Numbered from the stretch's first letter, positions 1 through 13,333 are shown. The stretch is DNA of 64,000 bases from Vicugna vicugna (GCA_013265495.1 MU058687.1:2482001-2546000); one strand, 5' to 3'. Translations and numbers: made by a program. Notes: generated by a model not told the origin, from the letters alone.

Positions 1-120
1 CTCTTTAGTATAAGTATGGCCCACGAGATATTTGGGATATATTCATACTAAAAAAAGAAAAAGGTTTTTACCTGAAATTCACATTTAACTGGATGTTGTA
101 TATTTCAACTGGCGATCCCA
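1..120. mobile_element. Partial hAT-type MITE, MER53-like
   Basis: tttagtataagtatg...catactaaaaaa palindromic centre followed by ctgaaattcacatttaactggatg, resembling the MER53 consensus as recalled; truncated by the window edge. Confidence 0.6.
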
Positions 121-3100
121 CTAAGGACCCTGGGAGGAAGGAGAGCTCAGCCACGCAAGCGGTCACAGCAGGCCTGGGAAGAAGCCAATGTTCCTGGGTC
201 CTATTCCTGGGAAGGTCTCTTCCCACAGCCATATTTCCTCCATGGGATCCCCTATGCATCTTAGTCCCTTTGTCCCACAAAGGTGACTTTCACAAGGTTC
301 TTGGGGGTCTCTTGGGAGCCATGGCCACACCGCTTCAGACCCAAGCAGCCAGCAGCAGAGAGACAAACTTGGGGGACCCTTCTCTCTGGTCCAAGGCCAA
401 GTATCACTCCTTTCCCTCGAAATCCCTTGCATCCTCCTCTCCTCCCTTCCTCCTGTTTTTCTGGCCAAAGGCCATGCCAGGCCCTCTCTCCCTTTGAGAT
501 TGCATAGGAGTTTTAAAAAGAGGGAAAAAATACGGCAAGTCACAGTGACAGCAATCCAAGGCCAGAGTGGGTAAGGGGGGTGTGGGCAGAAAGAGAAAGA
601 GAGATGAGAGGTGGGGGATGGGAGAGGGCCGTCTAATTTTTAATAGACTGAGACATAAATGCAACATGATTCACTTTGAGCAGGCCACCTGGATTAGATG
701 GAAGTTAATTAAAACAATCCCTCATTTCTCAGCGCTTAAAACTTCTTAAGTCTCACTTGGGGAAGGGTGCGGCAGGACTTTTTTATTACTCTTAGATGGT
801 GTTCAGAAGGCCCATAAATACATCTCCTCTTCCTGTGATCCCATTAATCTTGCCGCCTCTCCTGCTCCTCTCTGCCAACAATCAGATCCCAGTAAACAAC
901 CTCAAGTGAAATTTGCAACTGTCAGATAAACATTAAAAATGCTTCTCTTGTCCTTTCCCATTGATAGTCCCATTAATATTGTAATGGAACAAAAAGTTAT
1001 GAAAATGAATGCATGCTGGTTTTGGAAATGAATGATGCCGACCGCTGCTGGGATATAGACACACATGCATATGGATGGGCTTGGAAGATAGTGGATGCTG
1101 CCCACATCCTCAGTGGGGCTGCGTCCTGATAGGCCTGGCAACGCGCGCACCAGGGACCAAGGACAGCCGCGCACACTGCTGGGTACACACGTGTCCACAC
1201 GTGTCAGGGCGGGGAGGGCTCCTAAATGGAATAGAGGAATTCCACCCCAGAAACTACTGTAAACACACACTCACCACTCGGCCTTATACAGAGGAAAATA
1301 TTACGATTTCTCTTTTATCATTGCTTCTCTCCTCCCTTATCTGTTTACCATCAGGGGTTGGGATTCTCTCTAAAGATACTATGATACCCCAATTGATAAG
1401 GCTGTCTTGACGTTTCTTCCTCATTTATTTTCCATGCAGTGGCCTGTTAAATGCACATGCATGTTCCTGCATGTGTGTTTATCTATCTGACGAAAGAGGC
1501 CTTAAAATCTGGAGGTATATAATACATGGAAACTTTGTAAGAAGTAACTTCCTACGGAGTACTTTAGGTCAAAGAATCTGATGTGGGAGATGAGTTCAAG
1601 TTTTATGTAAATTCAAGTTCACTAGGAGAGAACAATAAAACAACAACAGAAACAAAAAATCCTTGCACCGAAACCTTTTGTAGAGGGATGTGAATAACCA
1701 TCTCATTGAGGCCTGGCCATTGGCTCTTGGTGGATAAGGAGGACTTGTGTTTTTACTCATCCTTGTAACCCAGCCCCTAGCATAGTGCCTGGCACTTAGT
1801 AGAAAGGAGCTCAAGATAGGTGATGCGGTAGAGAGGGGGAGGAGAAAGGAAGGGAGGGAGAGATGTCCGCGTTGCTCTTCCTCTGGAGGGAAGTCTCTCT
1901 CTACCTGCCAGCAAGGCAGGAGACGGCGCTTAGCATGTTAACATCCAGGAAGGTCGACCTGAAGGTGGAGTGGACGGGAAGCAGGACCTGGCCCGTCTTG
2001 GCATGGAAATGAGCACATTAGAAAGGACTCACCATTTGACTAGCTTCTCTATGTGTCTTACATCTTCACATGCTTTCTTCTAACCTTTCTTTTTCATGAT
2101 GTTAACTATCATATCAATATATTTCCCCAAAACTTGAAAGGTGTCATTGAGAACAAAGCTTCCACAGACCTCTTCCTCATCCCCATTCCAGCCATGCTTT
2201 TGACCACACATCTCAGCCTAGTGAATTTGTATCCTCCTTCAGGTCCACTCCAGGAAGCCCTCTCAGCTCCCTTGAGTGGGTTAAGTCTCTTTGCTATGAC
2301 TTCCCAGAGTTCCTTTCCCTACTGTTTTCCAACAGCCAATGTGGGATTCCTCGTGGCAGGAGCCTGACTCGTAGCACAAGCTCAATAAATATTTGCTGAT
2401 TGATAGAGTAGTTATTTTTAAAGGAATTATATAAACTCTCTACCCTGATCTGTAAATGCCTGACGTCATTTGCAAGGCAGCAGTAGAGAGACCACTGGCA
2501 TCTTAGTCCAGAGACCCAATCCTGGCCATGTCCCTGATTCATAGTGAGACGTGGAGAGGGGACATTTAAGCTTTCTGTGTCTCAGTTTCCTTACCTGTGA
2601 GAGTAAAACAACATCACAGAGCATAGCTACAAAGCAGACAAAACCAAATGAGATATCCAAAATACCCAACATTCAATAGGATATTACATGAATACGCGTG
2701 AGTTGTATATATATGAAAGAGACAGGAAGGCTATAAAAAGAATGCAGAATTTCATTCAGGTCTTACCTAGATAAGAAGACATATAAAAATTGAGAGACAA
2801 AATGGGGAAAAAAATGCACTTCTCTAACACCTAATTGGGAGTCGTTGGCTTTCTGGAATGCATGTAATGTGGCTATGTGGGTAGCGCACTTCACCCCTAC
2901 CCACTATGAGTGGCAGAGGCACTGCCATGATGGCAACCATGAGTAAGATTTAGTGCATCCCAAAGGGGGCATGGATCAGAATCCAGTGCGAATCCTGGAG
3001 AAATCTCAATCATCAGTAACCTCAGCTAACGAGATGTCATTGCTTTCCAAGGGACACACCTCATTCAACTCCAGGAAAATTTATACTTAAGTAGAGAAAC

Positions 3101-3649
3101 GTTTAAGGAAATCAAAATTATATTTTAATATTTTTGCATTAGGGAATCTTTAAAAATTGGATATCTTATTTTTGCAGAGTTTAAGGGATTTTTGCCTTTG
3201 GTGTAACAACTTTCTACTACAATTTAAAATGTATAATTACATAATTAATATAAGACTTGGGATTTTACATCGTGAAAAATGTAACTTTTTTTGTTGTTAA
3301 GTGTTGGAACATTTACAGGGACCTATACTCACTTTATTAGTTTAATTTCATAGGTTTTTGAAAATTACTTGAGTATTTGGGAAGGTTTTGTTTGTTAAGT
3401 GAGGAAATGGAAGTGCTTAAGAAGGAAATTAAATCTATTACATTTACAAATGCAGTTTTAAATACTCGAAAGTACTTAACAAACTAGGCTTTACAATGAG
3501 GTGAAGTAGAATTCAAGGGCTCCTTAAAATGATGGCTACAATAAGAATAACAAGATTTGTAAACTGACTTATATATAATAAATGTGAATTATATATAATA
3601 AATATTATATAAACAATGAAATGTGTAAGCAGATCCTAAAAGTCTACAG

Positions 3650-3998
3650 AAAAAATCCTGTCACATGTTACAACATGGGTGAACCTTGAGGACAGTATGG
3701 TAACTGAAACAAGCCAGTCATCAAAAGACAAAAATTGTGTGATTTCTCTTATATGAGGTACCTATGTAGTCAAATTTATAGAAGCAGAAAATAGATGGGT
3801 GGGTACCAGGGGCTGGGAGGAGGTGGGAAAGGGGAGTTGTTTAAGAGGTACAGAGTTTCAGATTTGCAAGATGAAAAAAGTCTGGAGGTCTGTTTTACAT
3901 CAATGTGAATAGACTTAATACTAATAAATTGTACATTTTAAATGGTTATGAGGGTAAATTTTATGTTGTGTGTATGTGTGTTTAATCACAATAAAAAC
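3650..3998 (+). mobile_element. Old L1 3' end fragment (L1MA/L1MB-like)
   Basis: Typical L1 3' UTR string acaacatgggtgaaccttgaggac...gtacatttt...aatcacaataaaa. Confidence 0.8.
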
Positions 3999-4964
3999 AA
4001 CGGGAAAAAACTTATGGAAGATTTGGGGCTTTTAAAGTATAATTTTAGTTTATTGCACATTAACATTTGAAACCCCCTAAATAATTATTTCCTTCATACA
4101 AAAGCCACCTTCAAAGGCATAAAAACCTCACACTAATAATCTACATAATGGGGATGATCATGCATGACAAAATTGCTGTGAGGATTAGTGGAGATAACAT
4201 TCAGAACACAAGACAAAAAAGGTTCTGTTTTTGGGGGTTGCTACAAACCAAATCAAACAGACAAAAATGAGTCTCTTGCACGAATTTGAGTCACATGACC
4301 ATCCCCAAGCCAGTTACTGTGGTCGGCAGGTCAGCTGGTTACCAATTGTGATTCATTCATATCTCCTTCCATTGGAGCTGGGGTTGGGGGTGCAGTTTCC
4401 TGGAGGACAGTCGGGGGCTGATACAGAAGAATGGAGGAAGTGTGCAGGGAAGGCAAACATAACTGATCCTATGACGATGTGCTTCTCCACCCCTCTCCTC
4501 CTTTATACTGCAGAGTTCATCAGAGCTCCCAGAGCACCTCCCGCATATCTTTCAGGTAATTCCTGCTTTTCTTCCCCACTGGAACCCTCTCCAACTTCGC
4601 ATACATGAAAGAGGAAATGAAAAGGTACATTTGTCAGGGAGTGAACACCTACAAAACACCTCCAAGATTGGCGTCGCCGTGCCTCACCGTTAAGTCTGTT
4701 AATGTAACACTTTTACTATCGAGGCAAAAAGACCAACATCCTGAGCATATGTGACCTTCCAAGGCCAACTGAGCAAATATTTCCATATCCATAAATTTTT
4801 GTTTATAAATATATATTTATTGCCTATTTGAACACTTGGGCAAATAAAAGATTATAGCTCAGAGAAAAGAAATGCTGTTTATTGAAGCACATTGGAACAT
4901 GGACAAAGATGTACTCAGGCAATTCTAGCAGGAATCAGGGGAATTAGGGCTGACTGGCTAACAC

Positions 4965-5300
4965 TTGAAATGTGTCAGTTATTATTCTAAGTGCTTTACA
5001 TGTAGGAATTTACTTCATCCTCATGACCACCCTTAGAGTTTTATTATCCCCATTTTACAGATGAGAAGACCTAGTCTCAGAGTGGTTAAGGGATGTGATC
5101 AGTTATGTGGCTTGTAGGTGGTAAAACAACCTGACTCCAGGATCCACACACACTCTCTCTTACTGGGCTAGACAACTGCAATGATCCTCTGTTTGATGCT
5201 GAAAGTACAGCTCAGAGAGATTAAGTGACTTGACCAGGCTACACAGCTGACAAATGAAAGAGCTGTGACTTCAACCCTGGATCCCTCATGCTAAGCTCTT
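4965..5300 (-). mobile_element. MIR SINE fragments (about two)
   Basis: attatccccattttacagatgagaagac and gctcagagagattaagtgacttg, reverse MIR core. Confidence 0.75.
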
Positions 5301-6214
5301 GGCAGGAATGCAAACGCAAGAGTATTGGGTTCTTCAGGTAGAACCAGCCATAAAGATGACTTCTTTTTGTTCATTCCTAATTTACAAGTCACTCTGCTCC
5401 ACTCACAAACTTTCATTTTGCCACCAGGGCTCAGTTGTGGCTGACTTTCAGAACCCACAAGGACGAAAAGAAAGCCTTACTATTATTTAGTGCAGTGGTT
5501 CTTAGCAATGGCTACATGTAGAATCACCTGGGATCACGTATCAGGTGAAAACTCAGAACTACATAGAAAAAAGAAGATTGCTGGAGATGGTAAATATTTA
5601 GGTAAATAAAGAACCTCCTTTTATCTAGTTCTATTTATTAAAAAAATTGATTGTTTATAGAAAGAACAATTCCTTCTTGGGAAGTAAAGAAAATAGGAAA
5701 GATTGCAAATACAAAAAATTTAATTATCTCTTTTATTCTTGTCGCATTACTTTCTGCTCACCATAGTCTATCCAGCATGGCTGTGGCCTACAGATTATCT
5801 TCCTGAAGCCCAGACCTTAGCATGACACTCCAACCCTGGGCAGTATTCAGTTTTTACTACCTCCTTGTTAAAAATGTGACAAAGTCTATAGTACTTAACC
5901 TAGTAGTCAAAGCCTTCAGTGTTCTGGACTAACTCTGCCCACTCTTGTCTGCTGCCTTTGCCACGCACACATAATGTGAGTCTTCCCCCTACCCACTCAC
6001 CAGATACACCTTCCAGGTTCTTCTTTAAGCCTCCCCTCATTTTGTCCCTGGCATGTTTCCTGCATGACCCTGTGCATCCCACACACAGGTTTTTTCAAAC
6101 CTATCCCTCCTTCAAGACCAAGCTGAAGTCTGGCCTCCCTTCCCACCTTGTCTCACCCCTAGAGTAACCCCTGGAAGTGATCTTTCTCTTCCCAGGGGTC
6201 ATTAATGTCTACAG

Positions 6215-6425
6215 AAAGACCCTGGGCTCTGGAGTCAGATGAACCTGAGTTCCAGTCCCGTCTCCACCCCTAAATGGGTGAGAGACCTTGAGAACTGGCT
6301 TAACTTCAATTTCCCCATCTGTAAAACGAGGGGCAATTGTCTTAGATCACTGAGTTGCTGTCAGGATTAAAATGAAATAATGGATGTGAAATGCCAAACA
6401 CTTACAGTCAATACCTAATTGTTAG
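6215..6425 (+). mobile_element. MIR SINE
   Basis: ggctctggagtcaga...tttccccatctgtaaaa...aggattaaaatgaaataa MIR core. Confidence 0.75.
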
Positions 6426-7764
6426 TTCATACAGCTCCTTCTGTTTTAAAATGTGGGATTCAGAAGTGAACACGGTGTTCTAGGAACAATCAGAATGGCA
6501 CAGTTTCCTTTATCCTGGATGCAATTTCTGTTAAGTGCAGGATAAGATCCCAATGACTTCATACTGAGCTGACAACTGTCTGAATCTTTTTTTCACATAT
6601 GCTGCTGCTAAATCGCAGTTTTCCCTGTTCTCCTTGCTCAGTTGATTTTGTGGAAGCCAAGAACAAATTTCTGTCCAAGTTCACATCATACATAGAGTTC
6701 CCTCGTGTGCCTATCTCTTGTCTCTGAGCACAGACAAGGGACGTACCTGCTGACTTGGGGAGTTCATCCCCACATGGTGAAGGCACTGTGTTATCTGGGT
6801 GTGATTGGAGGTCTTTGCCGAAGGTCTCTGCTATTCTCAGATGACTCCCCTGCTCAAATGACCACTACCTGCTTTGAGTTCTAACCAGTGGAGATTTGGG
6901 TGTTAGTTGGGATAGTAGGTCTTCAATCTGCTTTTCAGATGCAGAGTTTCAAACTTAGAAATGGAAAGAATCACGGAAGTAATCTAGCTCAATATTCTCA
7001 TTGTACACGTAAGGAAACTGATACCAGTCAAGAGCATGTTCCAAGCAGCAGGATTTCTAATTCCAAGTGAGTGGTCTTCTCACTCAGTCAGGGATGACAC
7101 AAAAGTTTATTTCGGGCTGTAGGACTGTCTGATTGTTTACCAAAGCATACCCAATGCCTGGCACCAAGTTTGGCCCTAATAGGCACTCTGTAAACATTTA
7201 CTGAATGAATAAATGAATGTTGCCAACTCTGATCAGCTGGACTGCTGGACTCTGAGGCTACTCACAGGCTTGGCAGAAAAGTGTGCTATGACCTCTTAGT
7301 GATGTCTGTCATCGTGCAGCAGGGGCAAGGTGTGAAATCCCTACACCAGACTCTGCAGCTTCTCATATACAATGGGGGACTTAGGAAGCCACTGACACCC
7401 TAGTAAGAATTAGTTTGCAAGCCACGAAAAGGTCACTTCCATCCCAAGGGTCTGAGAGAAAAGCAAACAAGCTAGATACCCTAAAATTGGGGGCCCAGGA
7501 AGACTCAGACTTGGGAATCAGGTGTTCCAGCAGTCATGGTGAGGGCTGCTCCAGGTAAGCTTGGATCAAGGTTACACTCAGCATCAGTTGCATTTGCCCT
7601 GTGTGACCCCAAGAAGTGCCACACATCACCACTCCTTGTGATTATCCACAAAAGACAGATGGTGGCCTAAAGAATATTTTCTTCGTTTTAACAAGGATCA
7701 AAACCATAAGCTGAAGAACCCCCAGCCAGCAAGTAAACGAGGTTCAAAGTCAAGCTTTGGCAGG

Positions 7765-8200
7765 TATAGACTAGTTTCCTAGAGCTGCCATAACAAATGA
7801 CCACAAACCAAGTGGCTCAAAACATCACAAATTTATTCTGGAGTCTAGAAGTCCAAAATCAAGTTGTCAGCAGGACCATGCTCCCTCTGAAACCTCAGGA
7901 GAAGATCCATCCTGGTCCCCTCCAGCTTCTGGTAGCCCCAGACACTCCTTGGCCTGTGGCAGCATCACTGCAGTTTCTGCCTGCTCTTCACGTAGCCTTC
8001 CTCCCTGTGTGTCTGTGTCTGTGTTCCTCCTTCTCTTTTTATAAGGACACCAGTCACACTGGATTAGGGTTCATGCTAATTCAGTATGACCTCAACTTGA
8101 TAACATCTGGAGGGAGCCCCATCTCCAAGTGAAGTCACATTTACAGGTTCTGGGGGTTGGGACTTCAACACATATTTCCGGGGAACACAGATCCCCCAGT
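7765..8200 (-). mobile_element. MaLR solo LTR, MLT1C-like
   Basis: Begins tagtttcctagagctgccataacaaatgaccacaaac; contains ttttataaggacaccagtcacactggattaggg. Confidence 0.8.
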
Positions 8201-9330
8201 AGCTGTAACAGCAGCCGGTATTGGCCCCGGGACCACTTGGAAGGTAGGGAGAGAACTACTGGTCAGCTGAAGTGAAGCCCTGCACCTGCCTCGACCGCCT
8301 CCCACATTCTTCAGGTGAAGGTTCTTTCTGACACGGCCTGTGCCTGGATGTCACAGCTGCTCCCTAGAACCGAGGTCATCGTGATCAGACAGAGGCGGCG
8401 CCTGACCCCAAAGCTTTCTCCCTGTAGCTGTGGAATTAAACTGTGAGAAAAACAGCTTGTGCACCTTATGAACCTCATCGACGCAGGAGTCAGGTGCCTG
8501 GCAGATCCCGGATCCACGGCTCTCAAGCTGTGAAACCTTGGATGAGGGATCCAGCACCTCTGCTCCTCAGCTTCCTCCTCTGTGAAAGAGGACCTCTGAG
8601 CATTGTTACAGGTGTCAAAGGGCTAGAAATTTCAGCTGCTCAGCACAGAGTCTGGAACAGAGTTGGTGTGTTTATTGTTCCTAATAGAGTCAGCTCGAGT
8701 CCCTGGGCCCAGCCGGCTGCGTCTTCAGCACCGAGTTAAGAGCCCAGAGGCAGAAAAGACCTCTGAGGTGATGTGCCCAATTTCATCCCCACCACCAGGG
8801 GAAAAAAGGAAGACAAATAAAATGGCCATTTTAACTTATATCCTCTGCATTAATTTTCACAGTTAACTGCTGAACTGACTAAATTCTTTTCTTTTCTTAA
8901 GGACCTTTATAAATTCCATCATTAATAAAATCAGACATTCAATTAACAGGGAACTCCGATTGGTAACTGATCGTCTCCTCGATACCGTTCTCTCCCCTCT
9001 CGCTGTGCGGACTCCCGGCTTGTCCCGGGCTTGGTCCTGCTGATGTGCCGTTTCCCATTTTCCCCTCTTCTTCCCCCCAGGCCTTCCAGTGCCCCCAACA
9101 AAAGCCAGAGAAGAACACGGGCTGATTCCATTAACCTCTGTCATTGCTTAAATCTCTCTCTTAATTAACATGAGTTAATATGATTAATCAAAATAATGAG
9201 ACAAACCTATTAAATTAGGGGGGTTTAAATGACAGAACTTGGCAGGAGGAGGAGAAGCAAGAGGAGACATCAGAAGGGCCAGGTGGGGGTGGGAAGGCCA
9301 GAGGTGAGGCGGGCAGGGAGCTGGTGGTGA

Positions 9331-9386
9331 GCCCAGTCTAGCCCAGTCCAGCCCAGTCCAGCCCAGTCCGGCCCAGTCCTGCCCAG
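9331..9386. repeat. Tandem 10-mer (GCCCAGTCCN) x about 5.5
   Basis: gcccagtcta gcccagtcca gcccagtcca gcccagtccg gcccagtcct gcccag read directly. Confidence 0.95.
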
Positions 9387-10680
9387 GCTCGGGGGAGGAG
9401 AAGGCAGAAGACACAGTGGAGGCTTGGAGAACTTGCTCTGGGGGACATATTCGTTGTTTGCGCCCATTTCCTTTAATCATAACTTTTCTGGGGCCTATCC
9501 AGCTTCCTCTTAGTCTCCTCCAGCTTCCGAATTCTTAGTCTCTACTCGGTGTTAGCTCTCCCTGACAGCTTTATCCTCTTCCTCCGAGGCCAGGCTCTCA
9601 GGCAGAATGGCCAACACTCCAGCTCTGCCCTTGACAGGCTGTGAGACTTGGGGGCTGCTATTTTACCTCTCTGAGACCCAGCGAACCCATCTACGAGGAT
9701 AAGAATAATCTTCCTGAGCCAGGATAACCACTGTAAGAAGTCAGAGAGAGGCTGCGGTGCTGGGCCCACAGCAGACCTCCCCTCGAAGAGAAGTTCTTTC
9801 CTTCCTTCTTCCCCTAGCATGACTATGACAATACATTGAGATTCCACAGTGCTTTTTAATTTTAAACATATTTCCACATGTAGTGTCCTACCAAAATTCC
9901 GGGTGGTAGGCGGGACAGCTAGGAGGCTGCAGACCAGTGAGGGTGGACCAGCATTAATGAGCACTGAATGGGCGTCAGCCCCTGTGCAAGGTCACTCAGG
10001 TCCAACAAGGTGAAGTGACTCATCTGAGACTTCTGGAACTGGCGTCTCGTAACTCCCAGGCAATAGGATTTCCATCACCTCTAAGTGCAAGTAACCAGGG
10101 TACCCACAGTGCCCCCAGGAGCCCTTTCTCTCCTGGCCATCCACGTGCTACAGCAAAGTCTACCTGCAGCCCCTGCTAACTCTCCAATGCAGGACATCTG
10201 ACGTCTGACAGGTGACTTGGGCTCATCACTGAATTTCTTATTCCATTAAAACTGGCCCCCGGAGCCTCTTCTGTGCTACCTTCAGTGGCCACCCAGGCAG
10301 CAGAGGTGGCCACAGCCATACCCTTCTACAGACACATCATTCAGAGAGCAAAGCCGTTAGGAAAAGCCCTGAGAAAATTATTTTAGGCCTGAGACCTTCT
10401 GACAGTCCCATGGAATTATTTTTCCTTTTCACTGGGAAGAAACTTTATGGGTCTCCCTAGGATCTACAGGTACCTTCCCAGAGACAGACTGAATATCTAC
10501 AACAAAGGAGAAAACACAGTGTCTGAAAATCCCCTGCTAGAAGTCCTGCTTTTTACAGAATTCATATTTACTTCTTTTTATGTTTCTACAGAAGGACAGA
10601 CAGAAACCTGCCCCTCCACATACCAAACAAGGTAAGAGCCATGACAGATGTCCCTGCAAACTCCCAGCTCTGCCCTGAAA

Positions 10681-10706
10681 CACACACACACACACATACA
10701 CACACA
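10681..10706. repeat. (CA)n microsatellite, interrupted
   Basis: Seen directly. Confidence 0.9.
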
Positions 10707-10954
10707 AAGGGTCAGAACAGCCACGTCTCCCCGACTCCCAGCCCCGACACTGACACTGAGCAGCCGCCATTGTTCTTGAGTGGTGTGGCTGGGTTTCACT
10801 GACCCCATCACTGAATGAGCCAGCCTGGCTCTGGGACAGGATCCTGCAGACAACTGAATGACCCCGCCTTCAGACTCAGAGCTACAAACAACACTAGTAA
10901 TACCTGAGCGGCAGCAGTTGGCATTACACTTCATAGGGTGTCCTACTCACCCAC

Positions 10955-11348
10955 CATCTATCAAGTGTCCCCCCAAAATTCATAGGTTTAAACCCTAACA
11001 TTCACTGTTACTGTAATTACAGATAGGGCTTTTAGGGAAGGAATTCAGGTTAAATGCAGTCATAAGGGTGGGATCCTAATCCCATGGGATTGGTACTCTT
11101 ATAAAAAGAGGAAGAGACACCAGAGTACTCTCTCACGGTGCACACACAGAGGAAAGGCCGTGGAAGGGCACAGCAAGAAGGCAGGTGCCCACAGACAGCC
11201 TAGAAGAGAGGTCCCATCAGAAACCAACCCTGATGGCACCTTGATCTTGAACTTCCAACCTGCAGAACTGTGAGAAGTAACTTCTGTTGTTTAAGCTATC
11301 CAAAATACTGGTGGTATTTTGTCATGACAACCCGAGCCGACTAATACA
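10955..11348 (+). mobile_element. MaLR solo LTR, MLT1A/MLT1B-like
   Basis: tgtccccccaaaattcata...ggttaaatgcagtcataagggtggg...ttgtttaagc...gactaataca (LTR-type CA end). Confidence 0.8.
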
Positions 11349-12079
11349 GTGGGTGAGACCCTGGACCCAGGTTCTACCTTCCGGTGTCCTGTGATATCCA
11401 TTTCACTGTGGGTAAGCATAATAACAATAAAACCTTGAAAGATAAGAATAATGGTACCAAAAAAATGATCTTGAACAGAGACCACTGACAGCCTTACTTT
11501 TCGGCCTTAAGACAGCTGGCGAGTTTCTGCACTCAGATATGTGTTCCAGCCTTCCTTGGCCCTCCCGGAACCTCCTCCTCTCACAGCTGAGTGCAGGTCT
11601 CTCTGTTACACCATTTTCTACCCCCCTTTACTTTGTCTCCATCACATTTATTTGTCGCCTTGCTGACCCTTGTATCCCAAGTGTCCAGCACGACGTTTGG
11701 CACAAAGGAGGGACTCATGAAACATTAAAGTCACGAAGAAGCTGGATACTGCCTTTCACATGGGTTCAAGCCTCATAATTCAAAGACAGGAAACTACACG
11801 CAAGACAAGGAAGTTTCCCATGAAGACTCCAGATACCCTTAAAACCTCAGCCCACACAGAGATGTGCTAATAAACCCTTAGCTAAGTCCTTCAAAGGCAG
11901 AGACTGTGTGTGTGTGTGTGTGTTTGTGTCCTTCCCTGGTCCTCCCCTCACCCAGAGCATCTACTATTCTGTACCCAGTGAATGCTGCCAAAACACCAGT
12001 GACTGGAAGCTTGGGACAGGTTCCCAAGCTTGCATCCCCTGGTGCTGTGGAGTCCTATAAATGTTGTTGAGATTGTCTT

Positions 12080-12563
12080 CATTGGCGTGCAAAAGTCATT
12101 CCCATACCTCCCCTCTGATCCCCTTGCTGCTATAGAGTCCAGAAAACCAGGCATTCTATTTCCCAGTTTCTCTGGTGGCTAGAGGTGGCCATGTGACCAG
12201 GTTTTGGCTATTGAGATGGGTGAATTGCTAGAGGGATCTTAGAGAAGCTACCTTTCTTAATCAGACAGAGATCTGGAGCTGCCTCTTCCTACTTATTTTT
12301 GACGTGAATGACAACACAATGCCTGGAACAATAGCATCAATTTTATGGCCTTGACACAGTACACATCAGGCTAAAAAGCCAACATTCTTGGATGGTAAAG
12401 ATAGAAGAACCTCAATCTTTAATGTCATTTTGAGATTGCAGACCAATCTGAAGTCTGTCTGCACCAGGAATTCTTAGGAAGAAAGCAATAAATAGCCAAA
12501 GTTTAAACCACCATTTCTGTGTTCTCAATTATCTGAAGCTAAAAAGTATTCCCAACAAATACA
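12080..12563 (+). mobile_element. Old ERVL/MaLR-type LTR remnant (LTR16/LTR33-like)
   Basis: ggctagaggtggccatgtgaccaggttttggc...gctaaaaagtattcccaacaaataca; family assignment uncertain. Confidence 0.5.
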
Positions 12564-13140
12564 AATTCTTAAATTTGTGCTTTAACTTCAATGATTATCT
12601 AAAAATTAACATAAGTATATCCTGAATCATCCAGAAGCCCACCTTATATAACTAAATACTGTCATGATATTTTAGTACTTTTGTTTATATTAATCAACAA
12701 TTTTTTGGTGCCAAATAGTGCTACAGGTATCCTTTGTTATCCAAATTTGCTATTTGAACTCAGAAATTAAATAAAATCCATTTCAGAAAAATAGGGCTAA
12801 CATCCCTTGCGCTCTGAACTCTTGGTGGTGGTTATCCAAAACTCAGGAACCAAATAGCTTTGGATAATTCAGCATTCCTTCCTATATAAAATCTCACTAT
12901 ATGGATTTTGAAACTGAATAGATTTGGATTGTGAGCAATACTTGCTGGAGAGAAAGAATAATGACCAGTTTAATATGTAAATGATATGTTCATCTAAGTA
13001 AAGATCAAACCATTTTACTTCATTGTGCCCAAACAAACATTAGCCTTCGTTGGAATTAGAATAGGAAAGGGATAGAACAAAAGAGCTGTTACTGAATATG
13101 CAGAAAAATAGGCACAGGGAGTTCAGAAGAACCTACAGGG

Positions 13141-13333
13141 CAATGGTGTGCTGGAACCAGCCTGTTCCAGCTCACAAGAGCCAGCTGTTAAATTTTCAGG
13201 TATTTTGAGAGCCAGTTGTTAAACACAACTGTGATGGTAGTCAATAGCAGGGATATTTATACCACGGAAGTCAGCAAATACCATGAAGCAGGCTTTCCTT
13301 TTTTCTGGAGAACCAGCTTATCAGCACTTCACT
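13141..13333. mobile_element. hAT MITE, MER63A-like
   Basis: Starts caatggtgtgctggaaccagc...tgttaaattttcagg and ends ggagaaccagcttatcagcacttcact (degenerate inverted terminus). Confidence 0.7.

Noticed and set aside
8724..8745. REST/NRSF half-site TTCAGCACC (weak matches also near 1150 and 39255)
   Set aside because: Second half-site missing or too many mismatches
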